From positions 128,001 through 192,000 of the forward strand of contig JAXDQS010000010.1 in NCBI GenBank assembly GCA_034667725.1: DNA of 64,000 bases. Reading direction: 5' to 3'. Source of the stretch: Thermoplasmata archaeon. GTDB taxonomy: Archaea; Thermoplasmatota; E2; JACPAO01; JAHFTW01. Numbering within the stretch: position 1 is the stretch's first letter; the number at the start of each line of letters is the position of its first letter. The notes beneath the pieces are model-generated. The model was not told where the DNA came from and made no database searches. It saw nothing but the letters and a program-made list of their open reading frames with translations. Both the position numbers and the translations under genes were made by a program. Of the stretch, positions 46,285-54,676 are shown piece after piece.

Positions 46285-46584
46285 CAGGGCTGTCGCTAGT
46301 CTCGTGGGGCATCACTTCCGGCCGCCGAAGCCGACGGCCGGAGTCCCATCCCGCAGCAGGCTTATCGCCCGATTCGCAAGAACTGGGGTCGTTCTTTGCT
46401 AAAAATGGGAACGTTCCGAAAGCAACGCCCGGCCGCGACGCCCATGCACGACCAAAAGCGCGCATCCCGCGGTTTTGCTCCAATGACCCGGGCTTGCGTT
46501 GGGCGGCGGACCAAGGCCATGGTGCAAGCGAAGGTCTCGGGCTGTCCCAAAAGCATCATGACCTAGGGCGGCGGAGGTTTCCCA

Positions 46585-47469
46585 ATGAGCCCCGGGCGCG
46601 CCTGCATCGGGCTTGGCCTTGCTGGCCAAGGCGTGGCGCTGCTGTCCGGCGTCGTGCCCCACGAGGACCCGCTGGTGGGCGCCGGCCTCTTGGCCTTCGG
46701 CCTCGCCTTGGTGGCCACGGGGACCATGCCCGCCTTGCCGGCGCTGCGGCGGTGGCACCTGCTGGCCTGCGGCGGCGCCGCCCTCGCCGCCGCCGGCGCC
46801 GCGTGGGCACTCTCGGGCCGGGCCCCCTCGGGGCCGCTGCTGCTGCTCGGGCTCCTGGGCACGACGCTCGTGGCCGCCGCCGCGCTCCACGGACGGTCCT
46901 TGCAGGCGGGCGGACGGGCTTGGCCCGCCCGGGACCTTGCCGCCGGCGCCGCCGTCGCCCTCGGGGCGCCGCTTGCGGTCTGGCTGGCGCAGGCCGCCTT
47001 CAAGCGGGTGGCCGCCACGACGCCGCTGGAGGCGTTCGAGATGCTGTTCCTGGTGGCGCCGGTCCACTGGATGCTCGGCCAGGCCGGGTTCGCCACGACC
47101 ATGGACGGCCAGACCCTGACCATGCAGGGCACGCACGGCCTCCTGACGGTCCAGGTGGGCGCGGCGTGCTCGGGGCTGCAGGCGATGGCGTTGTTCATGG
47201 GGATGCTGGCGCTGTTTGCCGCCACGCAGCGCCCGCCGGGCCGCCGCCTTGCCGTCTGGACCGTCGTGGGCTTGGCCGGCGTCTACGTCGCCAACGTGCT
47301 GCGGCTGTTCGTCGTGATCCTGGCCGGCCACCAATGGGGCGCTGGGGCCTTGCAGGAGGTCCACGCCAACGCGGGCTGGGCGTTCTTCGTGGCCTGGAGC
47401 CTGCTGTTCGCCGTGTGGCTGCGGCGCGACCTTCAACGCATGCGGGCCGCGTCCCCGCCCATGGCCTGA
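46585..47469 (+). CDS. Exosortase/archaeosortase family protein (ArtC-like)
   Basis: About eight TM helices; catalytic-type Cys (AACSGL), Arg (ANVLR) and His (EVHANAG). Confidence 0.88.
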   Translation: MSPGRACIGLGLAGQGVALLSGVVPHEDPLVGAGLLAFGLALVATGTMPALPALRRWHLLACGGAALAAAGAAWALSGRAPSGPLLLLGLLGTTLVAAAALHGRSLQAGGRAWPARDLAAGAAVALGAPLAVWLAQAAFKRVAATTPLEAFEMLFLVAPVHWMLGQAGFATTMDGQTLTMQGTHGLLTVQVGAACSGLQAMALFMGMLALFAATQRPPGRRLAVWTVVGLAGVYVANVLRLFVVILAGHQWGAGALQEVHANAGWAFFVAWSLLFAVWLRRDLQRMRAASPPMA

Positions 47470-49088
47470 CGCAGCACGACGTGGAACACCTGGGCTTGGC
47501 CGTTGTCGAAGACGAGGTGGAGGTCGTCGGAGCGCGCGAACTTGCCGTACGCCTCGGCGCCGACAGGCTCCCGCAGCGGCCCGAACTCCATGAAGCCGGA
47601 CGCCTCCACGTCGTGGCGCAGCACGAACACCTCGAAGCCGGCCAGGTAGGGCAGGGTGGTCGTCGGGTCGGTGCTGTACCAGAAGTCCCGCAGCAGCGAC
47701 TCGCTGGGACGGAACGCGATGGCGTCATGGAAGCCGTAGCGCCGGAACAGCACGCTCGACAGCTCCAGGGACGAGTACACGACGGCGTCGTGGCGCTCGT
47801 GGCCGTCCATCCATTCGAGCGCGCCCCGGTCGCCTTCCGAGTAGTTCGGGGTGGCGGTGGCGACCAGCAGCGGCGTCGCCACCACGAGCCCCGCCAGCAC
47901 GGCGCCGGCGGTCCGCAGCGCAACGCCACGCCGGACGAAGCGCGCCAGCAGGTAGAGCGACGCCAGCAGTCCCAACGGCGCGAGGTAGATGACGCTCCGG
48001 TTGAGGAAGCTCACGCCGAGGCTGCCCACCAGCACGGCGCTGAACAGGCCGACGCCGACCGCCCACTGGGCGAAGGCGCCGTGCGCCGGCTGCACGGGCC
48101 GGCCGGCCCACCAGTCGCGCAACGCCAGCAGCACGAGCCAGCCAAGCGGGGCGAACACGGCCGCGCTGCCGGCGTACAAAAGCGCCGACCGCCACGGCTC
48201 GCGGTTGAGGTGGCTGGCGTAGTCGCCGCCCGTGTCGGGGCCCAGCACGGGCGCCGCCGTCATCTGGGCCGACAGCTCCAGGTGGCTCGTCAAGGCGCCG
48301 TTCAAGAGCAGCATCCCCACCAGCGCCAGCGGCACCGCGATGCTGAACGCGAGCGGGACGAGCGGCGTGAACGGCGTGCGCCGCAGCCGGGCCAGCAGGT
48401 GCAGGGCCAAGAAGCCCGCGAACAGGAGGATGACGTAGTACGACACAGTGTAGTACCAGAAGGGCAGGACCGCGATGGGCACCAGGGCAAGCGGGATGGC
48501 GCGCCGGTCCCCCAGGAGGCTGCGCCGCAGCAGCAGGTGCAGCACGATCGCCACCGCCACCAGCGACGTGCTGGGCATGAGGACGCGCAGGTCGAGCACG
48601 AACGGCGCGCTCACCACCGGCAGCGCCAGCGGCGCCAGCGCGTGCCACGGGGCCTTGGCGGGCCGCATCAAGAGGTCGGCGGTCGCGAACGTGAGGCCCA
48701 GCAGGGCGAAGGCCCCGAACGGGACGCGGGCCGTCTCCTCGGGGGCCGCCCCGGCCAGGCTGCTCAAGGTGGCAAGCAAGGTGGGCTGCAGCGGGATGCC
48801 GTTCCAGAAGTGCCATGTCGTGGTCGCGTAGAAGCTGGGGCGGCCGAGGCCCATCTCCTCCTGGAACGGGCCGAGCGTGTCCGCGAACGACGAACGCGCG
48901 AACACGTCCTCGTTCACCGGGACGCGGCCGTCGTCGAGGGCCGCCTGGGCCAAGAGGTCATGCGAGAACAGCCACTCGTTGGGCGCGTAGGGCGACGCCC
49001 GCGTGCCGGCGTTCGCGACCGCGAAGAACAGCGTGCAGCCGGCCAAGGCCAAGAGCGCGAGCCGCCAGCCGACGGGAAGGCCGCGCAC
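47433..49088 (-). CDS. Polytopic membrane protein, GT-C/DUF2206-like (possible surface glycosylation)
   Basis: More than ten TM helices, early loop PNEWLFSHD, soluble C-terminus ALEW...LVFDNG. Confidence 0.55.
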   Translation of the reverse strand: MRGLPVGWRLALLALAGCTLFFAVANAGTRASPYAPNEWLFSHDLLAQAALDDGRVPVNEDVFARSSFADTLGPFQEEMGLGRPSFYATTTWHFWNGIPLQPTLLATLSSLAGAAPEETARVPFGAFALLGLTFATADLLMRPAKAPWHALAPLALPVVSAPFVLDLRVLMPSTSLVAVAIVLHLLLRRSLLGDRRAIPLALVPIAVLPFWYYTVSYYVILLFAGFLALHLLARLRRTPFTPLVPLAFSIAVPLALVGMLLLNGALTSHLELSAQMTAAPVLGPDTGGDYASHLNREPWRSALLYAGSAAVFAPLGWLVLLALRDWWAGRPVQPAHGAFAQWAVGVGLFSAVLVGSLGVSFLNRSVIYLAPLGLLASLYLLARFVRRGVALRTAGAVLAGLVVATPLLVATATPNYSEGDRGALEWMDGHERHDAVVYSSLELSSVLFRRYGFHDAIAFRPSESLLRDFWYSTDPTTTLPYLAGFEVFVLRHDVEASGFMEFGPLREPVGAEAYGKFARSDDLHLVFDNGQAQVFHVVLRQAMGGDAARMR

Positions 49089-49850
49089 TCACGCGCTCCC
49101 GACTTGCAGCACGAAGTGGACCTCGCGCGCCATGCCGGCGGCCTCGAGGCGTGCGTCGAAGGCGTGCAGGCCGGGCGCGTCCGTGGGCACGACGAACGCG
49201 ACGGCGTGGCGGCCATGGGGCGCAAGCCGGATCGCCGTGGCCTCGCCGTGGCCGTCCCAGGCGAGCCGGAGCGTCCCTTCGAGCGCCGCGTCGCCGCTCG
49301 CAAGCAGCACCGTGACGGGGACGGTGGCGTTCACGGCGACCACGGCGGGCAGCACAAGCGCCTGGCCGTCGGGGCCTTCCAGCCAAAGCGCGGCCGGCAG
49401 CTCCGCGCCTGGCTGCGGCCACCACGCCACGACGCCGGCCAGCAGGAACGTGGCGCCGCACAGGGCCAGCGTGGAGCGCGTGCTCGGCGCCACGGCGAAC
49501 CCGGCCGGCTCGGCCCCTAGGCGGCCCTTGCGGGCGGCGGCGACGATGGCCGCGACGGCCACGACGACCATGATCGCCAGCACCAGCGACCAACGATGGA
49601 AGCCGAGGGTGGCCGAGGTCGCAAGCGCGAGGACGGGCAACAGCAGAAGCCCCAGGCCGGCCGCGAGCGCATGGCGCTCCAGGCCGACGCAGCGGCCGCG
49701 CGGATAGGCCATGTCCAGCAAGGCGTAGCCTGGCGCCCAGACCGCGCCGAGCGCCACGAAGGCCCAGCTCCAGGGCGGCTCCAGGGGGAAAAGGAGGAAG
49801 AGGGGGGCGCAGGCCGCAGCCGCCAATGCCTTGCGCCCGTCCATCGTCAT
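49089..49850 (-). CDS. DUF1616-like membrane protein
   Basis: APGYAL...YP.....LER.AL..GL.L; C-terminal L.GPDG.A..LP...REVHF.L.V. Confidence 0.7.
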   Translation of the reverse strand: MTMDGRKALAAAACAPLFLLFPLEPPWSWAFVALGAVWAPGYALLDMAYPRGRCVGLERHALAAGLGLLLLPVLALATSATLGFHRWSLVLAIMVVVAVAAIVAAARKGRLGAEPAGFAVAPSTRSTLALCGATFLLAGVVAWWPQPGAELPAALWLEGPDGQALVLPAVVAVNATVPVTVLLASGDAALEGTLRLAWDGHGEATAIRLAPHGRHAVAFVVPTDAPGLHAFDARLEAAGMAREVHFVLQVGSA

Positions 49851-49870
49851 CGGGAGTCCCGGTCCAGGGA

Positions 49871-50905
49871 TTACCGGCGGCGCCACAGCACGAAGCCGAC
49901 CGCCAGCACCGCGCCGGCGCCCGCAAGCCCCAGCGCCCAAGCGGTCGGGAAGGAAGGCACCGCCACGCTCGTGCACGTGGCCGAGTCATCCGACTCGGCG
50001 CCTGCGGCCAAGGCCGTCAGCTTGTAGGTGTAGGTTTGGCCGGCGGCCGCCGTGGTGTCCTCGTAGGGGCTGGTGACGCCGCTGGCAAGCAGGATGAAGG
50101 GGTCCGAGCCGGTGGCGCGGTAGATGTTGTAGGAGGTCGCGTCCGCGACGGCGTCCCACTCGACCTCCACGCCCGCCGCCGTCGGGGCGCACGTGACGTT
50201 GAGCGGCGCGCACGGGACGTCCTGGATGGTGTTGCCGGCCAGCGTGACCGCGCCGTCGAGCGCCAATGCGCTGCCATCGATGGTGGCGCCGGTGCCGACG
50301 GTGATGCTCGCCTGCGCCAGGATGTTGCCTTCCAGGTGGGAGCTGGAGCCAAGCGTGGCGCTGCTGGTGACCTGCCAGAAGACGTTGCAGGACTGAGCAC
50401 CGTTGATGAGCACCACGTTGCTGCCCGAGGCGGTGATGAGCGTCGAGCCGGACTGGAAGATGAAGACGCTGCTCGGGTCGCCGCCCCCGTCGAGCGTCAG
50501 GGTGCCCGTGATGGCCAACGAGTCGGGGGCGTCGTCGTCCGCGTAGACGCCAGGCCCCAAGGTGAGGCCGCCGAGCTCGCCGCCCACGACCGGGATGGCG
50601 CCCGTGCGGTCGCGGGCGTCGGCGTAGGCGGCCAGCAGGTCCGCCTTGGCGGCCGCGGTCACGGCGTCGTCGTGATGGTTCGTCCCCGTGACGGTGACGG
50701 TGCCGAACCCGGTCTGGGAAGCGGTAGGGTGGGAGCCCACGTCGCCCCGGATGGTCGTGGTGCCAGTGTTGGTGATGCCGGCGCCAGCCAAGACGGCGAA
50801 CGTGGCGGCGTCCCCCAGGACGACGACGTCGGCGGCGGTCGCGGCGGGGACGAGGAGGACGAGGGGGACCAAGAGGGTCGGCAGCCATGCGAGTTTGCGG
50901 TGCAC
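49871..50905 (-). CDS. Ice-binding-family (DUF3494) protein with FN3-like domain and VPSFPT sorting signal
   Basis: LGDAATFAVLAGAGITNTG.T.I.GDVG, LGGLTL.PGVY, VFIFQ, NVFWQV.SSATLG, GNILA..SIT; tail VPSFPT-TM-RRR. Confidence 0.9.
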   Translation of the reverse strand: MHRKLAWLPTLLVPLVLLVPAATAADVVVLGDAATFAVLAGAGITNTGTTTIRGDVGSHPTASQTGFGTVTVTGTNHHDDAVTAAAKADLLAAYADARDRTGAIPVVGGELGGLTLGPGVYADDDAPDSLAITGTLTLDGGGDPSSVFIFQSGSTLITASGSNVVLINGAQSCNVFWQVTSSATLGSSSHLEGNILAQASITVGTGATIDGSALALDGAVTLAGNTIQDVPCAPLNVTCAPTAAGVEVEWDAVADATSYNIYRATGSDPFILLASGVTSPYEDTTAAAGQTYTYKLTALAAGAESDDSATCTSVAVPSFPTAWALGLAGAGAVLAVGFVLWRRR

Positions 50906-51225
50906 GGCCGGTCATCCGGGAACCTTCGACATGTCCTTTTTTTTGTAGAACCGGGAGCGTTCCGTCAAGCTTCAATGCCGGGCCCGTTGCGCCGCGTCAA
51001 CATGTTCGGGTCGGTCGGTTGCCGCTATCTTTTCGGGGCCGGCGGTTGGATCATTTTCGGGGGCAGGGCGATGAAGTCCGCCGCATTGCACCGCAGCGCG
51101 GACGCCAAACGCAAGGCCGTCTTGGACAGCCTGCGCGCGGTGTCGCGAAATCCACCCGACGCCCATCCCATGCCCTGACGAAATTCGCAAGGTTTTTCCA
51201 TAATGGTTTTGTCAGCGGTTGCAGC

Positions 51226-51642
51226 ATGAAGCTACTGACCATTTTGCGCTACGCCCTGCTTGCCATCGATGTAGTCGCCACGGTTTTGATTTCCGGCGGG
51301 CATTTCCACTCCATGGGATACTATCCGCCGATGGAGCAGGCGCGCACGGGGCTAGGCGTCTTGGCGGTCGGCGGCCTTGTCGGCTGGCCGCTTCTGCTGC
51401 CACACAGGGCGCCATGGAAAGGACTCGTCAAGCGATGGCAGGACCGCAAGGCCGCCAAGACCGAGAGGCAGCAGCAAGCCGCCGCGCAGAACAGCCTGCA
51501 CGGCCCCAACATCAACACGCAGTCCAGCAAGCGCGGGCTCTTCTGGAACAAGACCGTCTACAACATCTATCAGCTGCAAGCCCCAGGCCCGGGGTCGAGC
51601 CGGTCGCCGACGATCGACCCGGCGTCGCCTTCGGACGAGTAA
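51226..51642 (+). CDS. Small 2-TM hypothetical protein
   Basis: ATG 51226, two hydrophobic helices; 3' end overlaps the convergent gene. Confidence 0.45.
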   Translation: MKLLTILRYALLAIDVVATVLISGGHFHSMGYYPPMEQARTGLGVLAVGGLVGWPLLLPHRAPWKGLVKRWQDRKAAKTERQQQAAAQNSLHGPNINTQSSKRGLFWNKTVYNIYQLQAPGPGSSRSPTIDPASPSDE

Positions 51643-52658
51643 GGCAAGCGGAACACCCACATTCCGGCCGCGTCCGGGTACAGCATCACGTGGTCGCGGG
51701 GGTCTTCTTGGACCCGGCAAGACGTCCACGAGCCGCCCGTCTTCATGAGAAGGTCCGTCCAGCCGTCGCCTTGCGCCAGGACGAAGGTGGCGTTCCCCAG
51801 GACCCAGATCCCTTGTGGCGTCTTGTTCAAGGCGACGATCTCCGTGGCAAGCTGGCCTGCTTGCAGGCGGGCCAGCATGGTTTGTCCCGTGGCAGACTTC
51901 CACGCAAACGCATGGAGCCCTTCGGCTTGGGCCGCGACGCAGGAAGTGGCCCCCGCGAAGGCAAGGGGGTCAAGCACCCGTTGCTCCACCAAGGCCCCCT
52001 CGTCGTCGAGGATGGCGGCCTCCAAGACGCCCCCTTGGCGTTGGCAGAGAGCCAACGTCTGGCCGTCGCTCCCTAGGCTGGGCACGTTAAGGCCTCGATC
52101 GACGGCAGGGTCCAAGGCGACGTCCACGAGGTGGTCGCCTTCGACCTTGACGAGCCGATGCGCGTCCAGGCCGTCCGGGTCCAGCAGCAAGGCATACGCG
52201 ACGCCTTGGTGGAGCACCGCGTTGCCGACGTGGTAGCCTGACCGTTTGTCGGCCATGAGGGTGAACCGCAGGTCGGATTCCTGCAACGCGTAGACGACAG
52301 GCCCTGGCTCGGACTCCAGGAACACCGTCCCCACGCCGTCGTGCCGCACGGCGGCCACGGCATAGGCGCTGCCGGGGGCGGAGCCGCGCCCGAGCTCCCG
52401 CGCCACTGGATCCAAGGCCACGGCCTCGGCGGCCGAGCCCCCCGACAAGTAGACGCGGGACAAGCCGTCTTGGGCCGTGGGCAGCAGCCGGACGGCGTAC
52501 GTCAGGTTCGCCTGGTCCGTCGGGAAGACGAACTCGAAATGCGTCCCAAGGGGCTCCGGGGCCGATGGCTCCTCGGGCCGGCTTGGCGGGACGGTGCAAC
52601 CGGCCAGGACCACGACGAGGCAGGCGGCCAATGCTGTTCGGGACAGGTTGGTGCGCAT
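51570..52658 (-). CDS. Lipoprotein, possible beta-propeller
   Basis: Lipobox VLAGC; alternating short beta-strand pattern. Confidence 0.65.
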   Translation of the reverse strand: MRTNLSRTALAACLVVVLAGCTVPPSRPEEPSAPEPLGTHFEFVFPTDQANLTYAVRLLPTAQDGLSRVYLSGGSAAEAVALDPVARELGRGSAPGSAYAVAAVRHDGVGTVFLESEPGPVVYALQESDLRFTLMADKRSGYHVGNAVLHQGVAYALLLDPDGLDAHRLVKVEGDHLVDVALDPAVDRGLNVPSLGSDGQTLALCQRQGGVLEAAILDDEGALVEQRVLDPLAFAGATSCVAAQAEGLHAFAWKSATGQTMLARLQAGQLATEIVALNKTPQGIWVLGNATFVLAQGDGWTDLLMKTGGSWTSCRVQEDPRDHVMLYPDAAGMWVFRLPYSSEGDAGSIVGDRLDPGPGACS

Positions 52659-52665
52659 GGCATCC

Positions 52666-54327
52666 TCAGCAGGACCCTGGGTCTGTGAGCCCTGTGGTGC
52701 CCTTGGAGCCTTGGGCGCCGCCACGCATGTCATGGGCGCCATCCGACCCGGATTCGAAGCCCGTTCCGTGCTTGCCGCCTTCGGCGGTCAAGTCCTGGAG
52801 CCGGCCGCCGTCGCCGCCGCAGCCGCCGTCGCATTGCACGTCGCGGTGGAATCCGCCGCTGCCGCCAGCTCCGCCGGCGCCGCCGTTGCCGCGATGCGCG
52901 ATGGCGAACCCGCCGTCGCCGCCGCGGCCGACGGGGGTGGTGGCGTTGCCGCCGGCGCCGCCGGTGGCCTTGCCGAGGCCGCTGTCGCCGCCGGCGCCGC
53001 CGGGGCTGCCGGCCGTGCAGGGATAGTCGCACGACACGACGCCCCACGAGGAATGGTATTCGCCGTTGCCGCCCATGCCGCCGGCGCCTCCCAGGCCGCC
53101 GTCGCCGCCGGTCAGGTAGGCATTGCCGCCGTTGCCGCCATGCACCGGGCCGTCGTTGCCGCGCCCGCCTGAGGCGTTGTAGGTGTGACCGTTGTCGCCC
53201 CGGCTTCCGGCTCCGGACGCGGCGGCCATGGTCCGGGTGGAGCAGTCGGCGTCATGGCCGTTGTCGCCCGAGCCGCCCGCAGGGGCAGGGGCTCCGCCAC
53301 CAACGTCGTCGGATGGCCCGTCGCGGCTCTTGGTCAGGCAACTGCCAAACGGGTGGGCGTCCCGGCAATCCTTGAGCCGGTCGCACGTGACGCCGGGCTC
53401 CCTTGGACAGGTCCGCCGCGCCACTTGGTCCACGAGGCAATACGGGGGATCGGGATGGGGGTAGCACTCGATCAGGCAAGTGGTGGCGTCCTTGTCGCAA
53501 GCGGGTTCGCAGGCGTCCGGGGCCGCCAACGCCAGGCCGCCGTCGCCGCCGCGGCCGCCGGCAAGCGCGGACTGGAGCACGGACGGCGGAATGCCGGAAA
53601 ACTCGCCCAGGCTCTTGCCCCCGGGTCCGCCGAAGGCCGCCGCGTCGCGGCGTTGCGTGAAGGCCAAGGCGGCCCCTCCGGCTCCGCCGGCGCCGGCTTG
53701 CAGGACGCCGCGCGGCAGGCTGAGTCCCGAGGCTGGGCCAGCGTACGTGATGGCCAGCTTGCCGCCGTCGCCGCCAGCCCCGCCATCAGCGCGCGCCAAG
53801 CTGTCGGCGATACAGCCCGGCACGACGCCTCCCAAGCCGCCGTCGCCGCCGGGGCCCGTGCACAGCAAGGCCGTCGGGTCGATGCGCAGCGCAGGCGTCT
53901 CCTTGGTCTTGGCATCGTCCAGCAGGAAGATGCGCAATTTGCCGCCCGGGCCGCCGTCGGAGCCGGCGGCCGTGTTGGTGGCCACCACGTCCTTGCCGAT
54001 GCGGCCGGCGCCGGTGCACAAGGTCGCGCCGCGTCCAAGGACGATGCTTTCCGCCTGGATGCAAAGCCCTGGGGCAAGCCCGGGCTCGGCGTTGGCGGTC
54101 CCTAGATGCCCGTCGATCACCAGCTTGGCGGCCCGGACCACGGTGTCCACGGGGTACGTCACGTTGGAGCTCGCGGGCACCGTGAAGATGGGGGCCTCGA
54201 CCACGTTGCCGGTGTCCGAGCACAGGGGGTTGCTTGGAGAGAGGTCGAACGGAACCGTCAGGCCGCCAACAATCAAGAATCCCAATGCGGCCGTGAACGT
54301 CGGCCTGAACTTGGGTGGAGCCTGCAT
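52666..54327 (-). CDS. Exported glycine-rich (GGxGGxGG repeat) and Cys-rich protein
   Basis: N-terminal hydrophobic segment; many GG(A/D/N)GG(A/D/N)GG blocks interleaved with Cys clusters. Confidence 0.72.
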   Translation of the reverse strand: MQAPPKFRPTFTAALGFLIVGGLTVPFDLSPSNPLCSDTGNVVEAPIFTVPASSNVTYPVDTVVRAAKLVIDGHLGTANAEPGLAPGLCIQAESIVLGRGATLCTGAGRIGKDVVATNTAAGSDGGPGGKLRIFLLDDAKTKETPALRIDPTALLCTGPGGDGGLGGVVPGCIADSLARADGGAGGDGGKLAITYAGPASGLSLPRGVLQAGAGGAGGAALAFTQRRDAAAFGGPGGKSLGEFSGIPPSVLQSALAGGRGGDGGLALAAPDACEPACDKDATTCLIECYPHPDPPYCLVDQVARRTCPREPGVTCDRLKDCRDAHPFGSCLTKSRDGPSDDVGGGAPAPAGGSGDNGHDADCSTRTMAAASGAGSRGDNGHTYNASGGRGNDGPVHGGNGGNAYLTGGDGGLGGAGGMGGNGEYHSSWGVVSCDYPCTAGSPGGAGGDSGLGKATGGAGGNATTPVGRGGDGGFAIAHRGNGGAGGAGGSGGFHRDVQCDGGCGGDGGRLQDLTAEGGKHGTGFESGSDGAHDMRGGAQGSKGTTGLTDPGSC

Positions 54328-54676
54328 GTTCGCCGATGCGCTCACTTTCAGTGTGGTTGAAAGGGTATTGGACGCAGTTGGAACAATATGCAGTTATAAC
54401 AATAGGAACACTAGGGGAATCCATCTCGTTACCGCAACGGTCCCATCTCTTGCAAATAAGCTTATGCTGAAGGGCACTTTTTTATTCGCCCTTCTCAGAA
54501 CAAAATGGGTCTGAGGGCATCGCATCCGCGGCTGCGCGGGGATTCTTTCCTGACCGAACTTCGAACGCCCTCTTTTGAAGAAATCAAGAATTCTATGCCA
54601 GCGTCTCGTCTCAGTCCAATCCAACGAGGCGACCGGAGACTTCTTTCCCATTGATTCCGCAAACCCGGTGATTCAG

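Noticed and set aside
52666-54327. Mycobacterial PE-PGRS gene or contamination
   Set aside because: No PE domain, it has its own export-like N-terminus, and the flanks are archaeal
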